The notes under the pieces: generated by a model | The model's database searches: none | What the model saw: the letters and a program-made list of their open reading frames with translations, nothing else | What the model was told of the DNA's origin: nothing | Made by a program: the position numbers and the translations under genes | Shown: in pieces, positions 1 to 14,100 of the stretch | Layout of the letters: every line of letters starts with the position of its first letter | Position numbering within the stretch: position 1 is the first letter of the stretch | NCBI GenBank assembly: GCA_030704615.1 | Contig: CM060731.1 | Coordinates: 33,418,001 to 33,482,000, forward strand | DNA: 64,000 bases | Direction of reading: 5' to 3' | DNA from: Takakia lepidozioides | Lineage: Eukaryota; Plantae; Bryophyta

Positions 1-1165
1 AGAAGAGAGTCGAAAAGATCATCAAAAAGGGCCAGAAAAGTCCCGATTCTTGCAGTGACTGTGGGTCAACTCCTCCGGATCCGCTTGCTACAACAATCGC
101 AACTCCCACAACCACCAAGAGACAGCCCACAATTTGCCCAGGTGTGTACCGCTTTCCTAAAATCGTTGCAGAGAGGAGGAGTTGCCAAACCAAATATACC
201 TGATTTGGACCCCACAATTCATTAATACGTTTTCAACTCTTTGTAGCATCAGGTGTCTTCCAAATTGACCTAAACCAACTTTCCATGTAAAGAATGTGAG
301 ACAGCTTTGGAGAATTGATCTCATGCTCCCATTCCAACATGTTTACTTCCAAGTTCAATGATAAATGCCACAATCAGATTTGGCTCACAACATACAAATG
401 GACTTCGTCTTTTACTCAATGATGGGATATCCTTGCAAACAGTGAAAATGGATGGTTTACCTGTGTCAAAATAGGTATGGATGCTCCTGAAAGAACTGCT
501 GCAGCTGCCATGCCTGACGCCAGCCCCAGCGCTTCCAGTGCACCAACGGCGATGAATCGGGCCTTCGGTAATTCCAGCATCTCCTTGGTCACAATACCAG
601 CCCGGTAACGAACATACAGAATAGTGGAATAGACTATAACATAGCCAAATGTGGTCACTTGAGCCAAAAAGAAAGGATACTCTTGCAGTGGAACTAAGGC
701 CATTTTGTACAGAACTTTGTTGGTCACAGAAAAGAGGACAGTGGCTGTGGCTGTGGCCACAACTCGCAAGTTATTCTTGGAAATATGTAGTCCTAGCAGA
801 GAGACAGTCTCCTGCTTTTCGTCATTCCCAGATAAATTGGATGCTTTGAAAACCCACTGTCTATCTCTTTTCCTTCGATCTCTTCGGTTTGCTGACCCCA
901 GTAAATGAGGTCCGAATAGTCCAACACGAGCCTTAGAAAATGCTTGAGTTTTGAGCAGCCATAGCCGTGACTCGAAACCGGTTCGTAAGAATCTGGGAGA
1001 AAGAGAGGCTTCGAGAATGCAAGAAGACACTGACTCTGATGACGTACCCCTAACACATCTAGACACTCTCTGCGAAGATGAAGAAGCTGAGGAAGACGGA
1101 GAGGATTTACATGCACTGGCGTGATGCAGACTATGCGCGCAATCAGGTTGTGCCAAGCCAGCCAT
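1..1165 (-). CDS. CLT: CRT-like (chloroquine-resistance-transporter-like) plastid thiol transporter, CLT1/CLT3 type; 3' part runs off the window
   Basis: Exon 1165-461 has a Ser-rich transit peptide, then NKVLYKMALVPL..YPFFLAQ..TFGYV..Y..ILY.RYRAGIVT.EML..PK..F..VGALEALG.ASGMAA. A GT-AG intron (460-200) leads to exon 199-<1 (VYLVWQLLLSATILGKRY...), in phase. Confidence 0.9.
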
Positions 1166-3199
1166 AGTTTGCAGTGTTTGGTTTCAATTCAGAGGTAACG
1201 GAATTCTACGGATCATCAACTCTGCACCGAGTCCTATTTCAATGACCTTTCATTGCTTGAGGAAATGTGAAGGTCTGTTGGATTGCACCCTGCAATCCCT
1301 CAGTCTGCTGCTGCCCTAAAACCTCGGGTAATCTTACTCTAAGATGCTCTTGTTTCCATACGATGGATGCTGGCCTCCCTTTCTCTCTTCCGTGTCTCCC
1401 ATATGTGGATGTTGCATTATCATTCGTCTGTAATTTGTGGCGATCTACATTCTTCGCCTGTATCTGCTTTCTCCTGTTCCTTGGACCACAAAATCTCCCT
1501 CCCTGCCGTCCTCCTTTAACCGCCTACACTCTACCTCCAAGCACCAACAGCAGAAAGTTACCGAAATACCGTGAGAAAGGAAACTCAGATCCGACGACGA
1601 TAGCAGCTCGGTCAGACTCATAGCACTTTCCACCGATGCCACAAAAGAAATCACGTGTGTCACAACTCACAACCCCAGTGAAGAAGCGGCTTCACCTTAT
1701 AGCCCATAGAATTAGAACTGATCTGGCGGCCTGCCATTGATCAAGAATCACCGAATTTGTTGCGTGGGCTTCCTTGATGGGGCGGTGCAGCTTTTGACTC
1801 ACTCACGTTGGCAAACCCTATTGCATCACCACACCAATCCCGCCATGCCACCTCTTGCCTTCTTCATGATGCATCAAGCACCTTCACTGCTGTTTCCTCT
1901 CTTGTCTCTTTTGTCAACACTTGATCGGCCATCATCTAGCTTCCATCCAAGTGTGATGCGCTTCAACTGCTGCCCATCTGCTTTGCATGCCAGCAAAGTC
2001 CAAATGGCAGGGGGCGTGATCTGAGAGATTTCTACAAGATTGCTTCAGATGCCTATTATATTCAGTGGACCAACAGTTGTGGTTTAGGCAGTTAGGGTGG
2101 AGGTGGGTGGCTATGTTGATCTTCATTCTTGATTTCATGAGAGCAAGGCTGTGATGAAGCCGAGACTGGATGGTGTGCTGGATACACTCTCACATGCACG
2201 TAATCTCCTTGCTCCCAAGAAGAAATCCCGAGAAGAGATCCACAGCTACGTTGCAATGGTCCAAGTTTATAAAGGTGTGGGTGATGATAAGATACAAGAG
2301 CAGCTGCAAAGCTGGCTGCTGTAATAGCAGAGAGAATGCTATGGTAGTGAGGGCCACGCACACACATCACCAACACTGCATCTCACTCAACACTTTGGAT
2401 TCGAGGTCGTCTGGTAATGCAGGGATTGTGCATACATCTGCAGCCAGGATTCTGCAGATGTCAACAACTTTAGTGGTTACTAGTGAGTGGAGGTATTAAG
2501 AAAAACAGCAGCTTATATGATGTCTAGAATAATATGCCTGGAATACAACCACAAGAAGCCAGTGGTGCAAGTATTGGCATGTTGATCAATCCCATTGCGA
2601 GCAGTACCATACAGTGTGCAGGCATAGATGGAGATAGTGAGAGATCATTGAGTGACCATTCTCTGCGAGTGTTGGCTCTGATGTGCCCTTGTGGCTGTAG
2701 TCCTCATGATTGTGAGGTTTCGGTCCACCAGGGTGTGAGAGAGAGGGCTGCAAGATTTTTAAAATGTCCCATTCCAGACAATGATGCCGGTTGAGATTTC
2801 CTCCTGTTCCACATTCCCCTCTGATGGGACCTTTGAATCCCTCCAACTGGACTTTGGGACATTCATGTCAGATTTCAGGAACTTCCCTCTGAAAGGTGTA
2901 TATGCTATGCCATTGAGGGCAGGCAGAACATACCTTCATTGACCATTCTGTGTCAGATCCAGTGGAAGTAATCTGAGAACTGAATGACCAAAGTGCTCTT
3001 GAAGCATGCTCTCCTATAGAGGGCATGCAGGAGAACACATTTACTTACTGACTAGTCAGCTTGCATGTTGGGTGTGATATGATCGTCAAGGGCATAGTTC
3101 CCAACGAATATCAAAACCCATGAAGCCAGTTGTTTACACTGTGGCATAGAAACTCAACCAAAACTTGCCTGAGCTCATTGCATAACAAAAGAACAGAAA

Positions 3200-3909
3200 G
3201 GTTGTCTCCTGCCAAAGCAGACTCAATTTATGATGTCACTTAACCCCGAAAATCTCATTGCCTACTAAAACACAGGCCGACATAATCAATGAATAGAAGT
3301 ATAATACAGAAGGATCAAACACTAACAGCACATTACAGACCAACAAATCTCCTGAAATTGCAGTATCAACTCCACATCTTAGTGACATAGTCCTCGTAGA
3401 ATATACCTGCTAACTGCTGTTCTAGAGCAGCAAGTTTCACCTGTTGGACACATGCGCGTGGCATCCTTTGCCCTCTCTGCTACTTCAGAGGCGCTTTACC
3501 GTCCCCAGTTAAGCAGAGGGGCACATGTCTACAGTCAGGCATATGGACACATCCCACACAGAGGTCCTTAGCTCTCACACCACCCTGCAGTTTCAGTCTC
3601 AGCCGAATAATACTGTTTCATACTGAAGTTTGTTGTTGATGATTTCACAACTATCACACAGGAAATCACGGATAAAGAACCCCACTCCTTTTTACCACGC
3701 TTTACAGAGGCCATCTTGAGGGCACACATCATACAGTACCACTTACATCCAGAGGCATCCCCGACCATCTTGTCCTTCGTAGCCCGTGTCTCTTGCCCAC
3801 AAATGAAGATGCCATTAGTTTGAAGAACTTGTCCCACTTCAAATTGTTTCCTTCGGTTACTCAGACCCCAGAAGTTGCAGCTGCCCAGCTGCAAGCCAGC
3901 CTTTTGCAT
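3200..3909 (-). mobile_element. Decayed LINE, APE-type endonuclease region of ORF2; element remnants probably extend over ~1900-6900
   Basis: LQLGSCNFWGLSNRRKQFEVGQVL...ICGQET resembles the EN N-terminus (WN..GL....K...QET). Downstream frames give VGCVHMP, SIDY-like and SDH-like remnants with many stops. Confidence 0.65.
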
Positions 3910-4437
3910 GCGGATTGTCTACGTCTAGGTTGCAATTGAGCACTTCTAGACATCCTGCAATTCTGAATTAGTCTTAGTGTGTAGGCTTTGATCACATTGT
4001 GTGAAGTTCAAGGATACTTGCTCAATGGCATGCCAATCCTTAAAACTTCACACATCGTGATCAAAGCCTTCCATCACTCACAGCTTGCTCGGTCACTGCA
4101 CACAAAGTCAGGTCTGACTGACATGGTCTTCTCTACCTTTGGGCTTGGCTTATCACTAGGTTGGTCATCCCAAGTAGTCCATTCTGGGTCAACCTCTTTC
4201 AATTGGAGACTTTCAGTTTATACTCACCATTGTTGACTGACTTCCTGAGCCCCTCATTGAATCACCGGGGTAGCTCTCCAACCTCAAGGGTCGAACTTCT
4301 TTGAGATTAATTCTGTCTCTACCCGTCAATGTAGCATCTTAGACATAGTCACCTTCGATGCACCTCAGCTACCAAGTCTCGAGATGGTGCCATCAGCCAG
4401 GCAATCCAAGCCTAAATTTGGGCACGTAGTTTAAAGG

Positions 4438-5450
4438 AGGCTGTCATTGTCAGCTGCTAGCAGCAAGGCAAGGATGTATGCATGATTTCTGCAGAGGCAT
4501 GGATAGCTGAAGAGCAGGGATAGAGTCCAGATTCATCCAAGAGGGCCAGATTTCAAGCACAAATTTACTTATGTTTCCCTATGGATCAATAGCTACAAGA
4601 AACCTGCATGGGTAGATGGTTAACTGGAAGCTGCAGTAGCAGCGGCACAATTGATAAAATCAGGCACTGCTAATGAAGGCACCTTCTTCAACACATTTCA
4701 CCCTGTTTTTCCCTCTCATCAGAACCGGCCCTAAATTCTGCAAGTTAGCTGGTTGAGTGAACCTTTGATAGTTTGGAGTGACTTTGACATGATACTGCCA
4801 ATGTGACAACAGGAAAGTATCAAAAAACAGGTAAGCTGTGGAATGAATACTTTTCTGACCCCAGTCAATGGTGGGACAACCGAGGCCAAAAGGTGAATGC
4901 CTGTTAGATTACAGAGAGTAGCAGACGAAATTCAGCATAGGAACTAGTGTGATAAGCTGAGTTGGGTGTTTCCTAGAACAAATCTAGGCTGTCATTGTCA
5001 GCTGCTAGCAGCACGGCAAGGATGAATGCATGATTTGTGCAGAGGCATGGATAGCTGAAGGAGAAGGATAGAGTGTGGGTCCAGATTATCCAAGAGGGCC
5101 AGTTTTCAAGCACAAGATTACCTATGATTCCCTCTGGATCACTAGCTACAAGAAGCCTGCATGGGTAGATGGTCAACTGGAAGCCGCAGCAGCAGCAGCA
5201 CAATTGATAAGATCAGGCACTGCTAATGAAGGCACCTTCTTCAACACAATTCACCCTGTTTCCCCCTCTTATGAGAACCGGCCCTAAATTTCCATGTTGA
5301 ATTCTGCAAGTTAGCTGGTTGAGTGAATCTAGTTTGGAGTGACTTTGACATGATACTGGCAATGTGACAACAGGAAAGTATCGTAACACAGGTAACAGCG
5401 ATGAGGAGAAGCTGTGGAATGAATACTTTTCTGACCCCACTCAATGGTGG
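4438..5450 (+). pseudogene. Two tandem copies (offset 548 bp) of an OSB-type PDF-motif exon unit
   Basis: Copies at 4438-4874 and 4986-5450 encode PRGPDFKHK.T..SLWI.SYKKPAWVDGQL and KLWNEYFSDP.QWW(DNRGQK), the two halves of the PDF motif of organellar ssDNA-binding proteins. Stops and indels are present. Confidence 0.75.
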
Positions 5451-7197
5451 AAGGAAGTTTGAGTGATCTTGTTGTCTGCTTCCGGTGTATCATAACAGCC
5501 GTTCACCTTCTTGGATTGATTGTCCCACCCAGACTAGGATAGTAGTCGTTCTCTTCTGCAGTATTTCTGCTTTTTGGACAATTGCCTACCACCACAGTAC
5601 CATAACATGTCAAAACCACTCAGAGCTACCAGAAGTCCACGAAACAAGCCAACTTGTGAAGCCCATGAGGAAAAAGTACTGTAGCGAATTCCATTTCAAA
5701 ACATCAATGGAAGGGAAGCCGGAGAGAAGAAGGGGGCGAGAGGGGCAAATGATGTGGATTAAATACTCAGTTTTCAGGTGTTCTAAGGTGGCAATTAGAT
5801 GCACACTAGGTAGGCCCTACTCACACAAAGATCTGCAACCTCACTTTCAAATCTTAGGATGCAGCAATAGAAGTAGGGGGGGTCCTCCAAGATACATCCT
5901 TCCATGTTCACAGATCCTTCAACCCCAGAGCAAAACAGCAGATGTATGTGTACAAAATCAACACCTACAAACAGATTCGAGGTTTGAGAAACCCCCAAAG
6001 CCTCACTCCCTTAGTCTCTTGCCCTTAGTAGCATTTCCTGTAACAATAGAAGGTGAAGTGGCCTCACTTGGATCCATCACAGCCAACCAACAAACCAATG
6101 ATCCCTATGGAACCTCAGGCTTAAACCCCTTCACATTGGTTATCAATGTCATCCCTGCAGCAGGTCATACTAGCAAAGAGAGGAGAGGTAAGGGAGGTCT
6201 TTTCAGCCATTTCAGTCAGCAGTAGGTATAGGTACATAACACAGTAGTACCTATTTCAGCCCATGCTCTAGGTGGGCTCTTGCTTGAGTACTTGCTTTAG
6301 TAACACCTGCCTTTTGGGAATGGCTAGTGCTTACTGTCATGGGACCACCACCCCAAGTGTTCCTAGATTCAGAGTAGAGCTTTAGTCAAGTCCACGTAAG
6401 TTCCTCACAGTGTCAACTCTCTTTGTGCTGCCATACTAAGCAGCCCTTCAAGATGTGTAAGGAGTCAGAATGTGATACCTTGCTAGAGCCATACTGAACA
6501 GCACTAAGGTAACTTAATCAGCCCCTTCAGCTCTTGCTCCTCTTCCAAATGAGAAGAGTGGCCACGCTTTCTAACCTTGTAGGGCAGCTGCTTTAGGGTA
6601 AGGGCCCTACTTAAACGTTTGTATGCCAGATCTTGAAAGCACGATCCCTCTGCTCCCTCCAGACACTCTACTTGGCCAACCCATTTCAGCTCCACAGTCT
6701 GGCATCATGTGACGTCTCCCTCCCGCCTGATCGTTGTGGGTAAGTACAACTCATCGACTCTTATCGTTCTCCCCGAAGAGAAACACGAGAGAGAAACGGC
6801 TAGGCTACAAGGAGCAAAGTCGGCATATTTAAAGAACATTGTACACGACAAATATCTCGAGGCATGCATCAGGACCCTATAGAGGTATCGGTAGATACTC
6901 CGCATTCAATTATTCGCTACGGATGTTTTGCTGTTGAAGCGTATGTTGTATTTTGCAGTGGGGACTCGGGAGGAGTAAGGCCGCCTTTTTGTAGGGAAGC
7001 TCTTTTATTGGCGATTACGTGTACCGGATGTATACCCTGTGCAATAAAAGTGCTGACCCATCCGTTGCGAAGCCTCTTTCTCCTCCCTCGAGCAGTGCAT
7101 CTCCTCTCTGCCTGTCTCGGGTAGATTGCCTGGCCCACAGGTTTTGAAATCATCCGGTGCTAAAGCATCTTCTTCGAAATGATCTGCAGCTCGCGGA

Positions 7198-7238
7198 CTC
7201 TCTCTCTCTCTCTTCTGTCTCTCTCTCTCTCTCTCTCT
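7198..7238. repeat. (CT)n microsatellite upstream of the SET gene
   Basis: Direct reading of the CT dinucleotide run. Confidence 0.9.
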
Positions 7239-8167
7239 ACATACACACCACTTGAACTGCACGAGAATCCGCAGAAGATTTCAAAATGATTCGATGTAAA
7301 AGCACCATTTTGAAGTAATCTTCACACACATACGCTATTTCTCTTTGTCTCGCTATCACTTTCTCTCCTTCTCTCCCCCTCGCTCGCTCACTCTTGGGAT
7401 ATTTTCTGTTCACTTCTCCTCACTGTGCGTTTGTGCCTGTCTGTGGGTCTTTATTTCTTGGGGAATTTTTGTCTTGAAAGCAGGACACGAGCTCTCTCTG
7501 CTGGTACTCGTCCTCTTTGCTACTGCGTAGTGCTTTTTTGGCTATCTTCTTCCTACCTCTGTTTAATCCCTTTGGGTTTCCGCAGGGCTCTACCTTATAA
7601 TCCCCTTCTTCGTCAGTCTCCACAGGTTCTCTTCGTGTGTTCCAAAAACGCACTTTTCAGCACTTTCTTTATACAACCTCTTTCCTCTTTGATTCCTTCA
7701 ATTTCCCGTACATTTTCGCATTCCGGTGCTTTGAGTGAAGGTGCAGAGTGAGCGAGTATTTATTTCGAGTCAGCAATGGAAGTTCGAGTACCCACTAGGG
7801 AGCACAGAGATTCTCAACCGTTTTCCCTCGAATTTGTGTGAACGGATTATGTCGCAGTGAGTCTGGAACATTCCAATAAGCGCTAGCCGTAACGAGGCCA
7901 AAGACTTGGTGTTTTTGGTCACTCTCTATTTCTTGATCGACAACAACCAGGTCGGACAGTGCCATGGCAGTAGCTAGTGGGCATTTCTGTTGTATCTCAC
8001 GCATCCCGAACACGGATTCGAAAGGAGGTTTCTCTGTCGTTCCTTTTGTGGTTCAAGAACATCCTTGACCGATTTGGAAGCCAATTCGCTTTACAAAATA
8101 AAAGCTGGTCGCACACGTGGGGAAGGAAGGCATTGAGCTCCTTTCAGGAGTTGAAGCAGGCCTGAGA

Positions 8168-11100
8168 ATGGGAAGCAGGAAAGAGAGGCGAAAGAAGAAG
8201 GAGACTGCTGCAGATGACGGATTTGCATACTTGTGTACGGTGTGCAGCGAGTTTGGAGAGTTGCTGTGTTGTGAGAGGTGCAAGGAAGGTTTTCATTTAT
8301 CGTGTATCGGCCTCGACAAATGCCCGGACACCGACGCCTGGTTGTGTAGCACCTGCATGCAAGACAAGGTTTGTTCTCCAAACCTTCTGTATACCATTTG
8401 AAGATACTGCATTCATGACTAGACTGGGTCGTTCAAAACCAGGAATGATGGCTGCAGATTCAAATCATCAAAGGACGGAGTTCACCTCTTCAAATCATCT
8501 TCAGCCCCCACAGACCTGAGGGGTTTAGTGCTAGGGTTTTAAGCTAGTGAACAAAACTTTAAGGCTGACAGTACTGGATATATTAGTCACCAGAGTATGA
8601 TTTTGACATTGGTGAATTGCCACAGGCACATTTCGGGAAACTACCCTAGTTGACATGCATGCTGAATATTGTCTTCTGGCGGCAGGTTCTAAATGAAATG
8701 AAGGACAAATAATGAGAGCTACTTGAGTTTGCCTGCAATTGGCACTTCTTGATCTGTTTGATTCTCTCTCTCCTTCTGGTTTCTGTCTCATCTTGGCTCT
8801 ACCTCTCTCTGTCCTTATCATGTTATTAACTGGTTGCTCCTCATGTGAGTTCGGGAAGGAGCCCAGAATTTTGAAATGGGAGATGTTGCAAGACCACCAC
8901 GGACAGAACAACCATATCCCATGTAGGTGGGAATCTGGGTTCTCTGTCCATTCTAAAATTTAAACAGCTCCATATTGCTGGTCAAATCCCTCATGATGCT
9001 GCTGCGTTCATAATGCACCTTAATTAGATTCAATCTGTTAGGGAATCAGAAGACAATATGGATGGCAGGTGCAAAATGGTGAAAAGTTCCAAATGGAGTA
9101 GAATGGTAATGAGAGTTTTGCTCAATACCCTGTGTCTTTTCTGGGTTTCCTCTGCACGATGCCGGGAAAACCCCTGGTTGCTGCAGGATAGCTTCAGCAG
9201 CACTGACAGCTGTTGGAAAAGTGCGGAATTGTGCGGCATAGAGAGCGTAGCCAGCACAGTTCACTGGCAGATCAGTATTGTTTAACAAATGTGTAATAAG
9301 GCATTCGGGTTGGAAAGAAAATTTGTTAGCTTCTGGGGTGCCTGTTCCTGGCAATTCCTTTTACGAAAAGAAGCTATGACAATCAACTTTTCTTGAAGGA
9401 TCTGGTGTCTAGTGAATTGAATCAAGACCATCATTGCAACAAATAAATAGACTCCGACATCCATCAGCTAGGAGCTTTTGTTGTGGTATTCCAATTCTGC
9501 TGCTGTAGAATCACAGTGCATGGGACCCAGCAACTTTTAAGAGCTTGGAAGTGTCTTTGCATGTTTTTGGGTCCACACATGATGTGTGTACTCCATTTGT
9601 TTTTTGCTCTGTACATTACCCATTATCTGCCACACAGCTAACAACTTGTATGCTTCACTTCTTAATCTCGGCTGTTTATTCATCTGTACCAGTTGACCAA
9701 CCAGCTCAGTCTAGGCAATATTTCTTGTGGGCATTGTCACAACAAGACTACAATAATCACAGTTGAGAGCTCACCCACCCTCTGTCCCTCTTTGCCTACC
9801 TCTCTGTCTCTTTTTTGCCCCTAACCGGGTCTTTGAACAGGTGCGGTGCTTTGAGTGCAAGTCCTATGGGAGGCTGCAAGAAGACATGATGCCATGTACC
9901 TACAGAGGGTGTAGCAGATTCTACCATGAAGAGTGTACAAAGAGATGGGTTCGAAGGCAAAGGACCAACTTTACCAGGGGCCTGGTGTGTCCGCATCACT
10001 ACTGTGATGCTTGTGTGGGTTCCAGACGTGCCAAGCACCGCCGGTCTATTCGATGCCTGCTCTGCCCCTTGGCCTACCACGAGATGTGCTTACCAGAGGG
10101 TGCCAAATTGCTGGAGGACATTCCGGGCTACCTAATCTGCTTGAGGCACGACGAGGACTGGAAGTACCAAAATCAGGTGCACAGCTGCCATTTTCTACTT
10201 CAGGGTCCAAGTTTGTGGAGCTGAATGTAACACTTATTGCCCCTGAAACCCAGCTTAGTAGAAGAATTCTGGTTTTCCCTACTTTAAGTGTCGTCACAGT
10301 CTTGGAAGAGACGGAGAGGGTTAACTTTGTACACTATTTGAGGCAGGCAACATACCCGCCATTGCACCATGCTTGTTGTGCCACGGCCATTGGCTGACCC
10401 TTTGCACTCTAGGGTTTTCTAAAGTGCAAACTCTCAATTTTCATGTGTGTCAGGGTGGCTTCCATCAGCAATCTTTTTGCTGAATCTGTAAGAGCTCTAC
10501 AAACAACCATAACAATACACTTGCAGCCTTACGAATCTTCTTAAGTGTTCACACCAAAGGACATGAGTTATGGAAAGATTTGGTTAGGGTTGATCTTTGC
10601 GTGTCTAATATGTTAGTCACTCCTGGAGATGGCGTATTCATTTGATTCTGGATTTCTTACATGGGCATGTTTCTCCCTCTTTCTTTCTTGTTCGTTCAGG
10701 AAGGAGAGCCAAGCAGGGACCCCACGGTTTTGTTTGAGCGACTACCACTTCCCACCGTTGACCATGACTTCCAGCTACCACATTCTATTCAGGAGGCTGT
10801 TCGGCGTCTTCAAAAGAGGCCTCCCTCCTATTGCCATATTAGGCGCAGTATCCTTGCATCCCAACCTCACAAGCTGGCACAGCCTGTCTTTTGCTGTGAC
10901 TTCTGTTTGCTCAAACATGGGTGGCAACTTTGGAATTTTGTTGCATCCTAACCTCGCAGTCTGGCTCAGAGTTGCAGCCAATGCTTTGCTAATGCTGTAT
11001 AAGGAAAATATTGTGATGCACTTCTGCATGTCAAATTTGTTGTCTATCAACTGTGTGGAAATACTGGCTTAACTCTAAAGCAGACATTTACTTAGGAAAA

Positions 11101-14100
11101 AGGCCAAAGAGGCGGCAAGAGGACGAAAGTATGCAGTGTATATGCAAGCCCATGCCTGGGTCGACACAGGCTTGCACGAAAGACTGTCTTTGCGGGTGGG
11201 TTCCAATTTATCCCCAAGTGACCTTTGTTTTAGGCAGTAGATTAAGCCACTGATTAAAGACTCTAGACTGGAAGGAGTAGTTGGCATATGATGAGCTGTT
11301 CACTACCTTCTCCATGCCTTTGTTGCCCACATACGTGGATGGAAGGAGTGATGTATGTTGCCCGCTGACTGGTTTGATCTGTTTCGTCTCTGTAACCAAG
11401 TACAAGTCAAGGCCTTGTGATCAGGACAGAATCTGGACATCTTGCAAACATATTTACTTGCAGCGTCATTTTTCCTGGATTATGGTTTTAGTCATAGTTT
11501 TATGTTGTTTGTTTACGTATGGGAGGACCTGAGTTGACTCAATCACTAATTGGTCCTGTTTGCAAATCAATACATTCATCCTCTGCCCCTGCTTGTACTG
11601 AAGTAGTTGAGGTGTTGGTGACAGAATGCTTTTCACAAGCTGCTCAAGCAGCTGTGGGTGTGGAGAGTTATGCACCAACCTGCCATTTCAGAAGCGTCTG
11701 AGCCCGAAGATGAAAGCTGTCAAGGTGAGTATACCATTTGGGAGAGAGCTGAAAGGTCTGCTACATGCTTTGTCATGGAGGGGGAAAGCACATAGCCTCC
11801 CTGGTGATAATACTTTCGGGTTTGTATTTGGATGAGTTCAGCTGCATCGGAATAGGCACCATGGCCCTCCCTTTAGTTCTCACAAAGGTTCAAGGCAGTT
11901 TCAGTTGATACTTGCACAGGGTAGCAGTCCACAGTAGTGTCAGTTGTTGTCCGGCTTCCTCTTCTGCTCAATTTGTACTTAGCTTGTTGCAAACAAGGTC
12001 TCCTTTCGTGTCTGAGCAATGCTGTTTGGATATGGTTTGGAAAGCTCATGAAATGCTTTCATTGGGCTCATTTGCAGATGAGACGTGTGACCTGAAGACC
12101 CTAAAAGTCAGATAAAATATGGACCCTTCACAAACTTATGAGCTGTTTGAGAAACAGAGAAAGTACCTTTGACTGTTTGGCATGATTGTTTGAAATTGTA
12201 ACCTAGAGGGCTCTGTCTCTTCCCTTTTTGAGGACAATCATGGGCTTGTCATTGTTATGAACTTTGACAGGTGGGGCCAGATTGTCTAGGACATGCACAT
12301 AGCTGCGGTCATGGGGTTCATTGTAAGGGGTGGCTTTGACTTCAGAGGTCGTGAGCTGATGCCAGCACTGCCATTTGTAGCCCTGCACATTGTACATGAT
12401 TTAGCCTTCTGGCTCCTGGGATTGTGATTCCATCCAGGGACCAAAGTGTGGGGAAAGGTGACCTGGTGTTCCTGTTTTCTGCCAATCAAATTCACCAGCT
12501 TCTGGTTGTGCAGACAGAGAAGTGCGGCTGGGGATTAATTGCAGATGAGGCAATTAAGGCTGGCGACTTTCTAGTCGAGTATGTGGGAGAAGGTAATAGT
12601 GCAACTCACATGTGCATCTATGTATCCATTATGCATGCTTATACTAAACAACCTCAGCAAGTCATGCTACTTGTTTATTCACTCCAGATTCTAGCTCCAA
12701 TGCAAGTCAGCCCCTGAGTGAGAACAGCCATAGCACTGGATGGCGATCTGGTATGAGGTCATTGGCTGCACCAGTTTTAATGCCATGGCACGTAGGAGTC
12801 AGCTACTATTGTTTCAAGCATATGACTCTTGTTGTATATGAACAAAAAGGGTGTTTGGATGCTAACTTGGTCCTATGTGGGATTTGTCAGTATGAGTGTC
12901 TCCCAGTAGACGAGCCATACATCTTCTGCAGCTATTGGGAGAAAGTTGAGGAAACTAATCCTCACTAGTGTTGCTCAACAAACTTGCAACTCAGGCTAAA
13001 ATGTATTGACCACTGGTGCAGTTATTGATGATAAGACATGTGAGGAGAGGTTGTGGGTGATGAAGAAACAAGGCGAGAATAATTTCTACATGTGTGAAAT
13101 TAGCCGAGAAATTGTCATCGACGCAACCTACAAGGGGAATCAGTCACGCTATATCAATCATAGCTGCCATCCCAACAGTGAATTGCAGAAATGGTAGGGT
13201 CCTCTCTCTCTCGACCTGTGATTCTGATGCATTGTTCTTGGTTGTGTATAGTTTGTGTCTGCAGTTTTCTCTTGCTAACAGTTACTGGGCTGCTCACTTG
13301 ATGCTCCTTGCAGCTCTGTGTCATATTGATGGATCTTAGACTATGGCTTGTGAGTTTAACATTTCATGGGGCAAACTATAGCACCATTGCTGCCTTTGGA
13401 TTTTGAAATCTCTTTTTCCCTCTTTGTTTTTCTCTTTCTCTTTTTCTTAAAATATATCTCCTCTTCCTCTTCAATCTGTTGGTGCCTCTTCCTCAAGCTT
13501 TGCTGTAGAGTATAATGAAGGAAGCAGTGTGCTGCCTGGGAACTTGTGTTGAATTGAATTGAAGAATGCAAAGGGAAAATTGTGTGCAGGCAGATTGATG
13601 GTGAGATACGAATCGGGGTGTTTGCCATTTCTGACATCCACCGAGGCGAGTTCATCACCTATGATTATCAGTGCGTGCCTTTCTGACTATTCCTTTCCAA
13701 ATTTGGGGGCTGGAAATGAAGAGAGCTGAAAACAAACAATTTGGGAACATGATTGATTTCTACCTATCTAACCTAACCTGCGCTTTCTTGTTATTCTTCT
13801 TTCATGAGCATGTCCCAGAATCTGGAGAAATCTGACAATGTGGTTGTGGAGGAAAACAGATTCATACAGTTTGGGACGGACCAGCAGTGTCACTGTGGGG
13901 CTTTGGATTGCCGAGGTCAATTAGGGAAGCCCATGAAGCAACCCAAGACATCTGGAGAGGCCACAGTCAAGGCTCTCACAAGCCATTCCCTCCCGCAAAC
14001 GCTGAAGAAGTCAAATCTTCGTGGGAATTTCAGCCTCCAACATGGATTTACATCTGTATGCTCCTGATTTTCCTCCCTGTCGATACTATTTTGTCTAGTA

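Noticed and set aside
5485-6225. 246-aa plus-strand ORF
   Set aside because: Non-ATG start, no motif, and antisense to the probable LINE remnant.
9050-9470. Extra exon or nested gene in SET intron 1
   Set aside because: Flanking exons already join in phase. The segment has stops in all frames and at most a faint LINE-RT resemblance.
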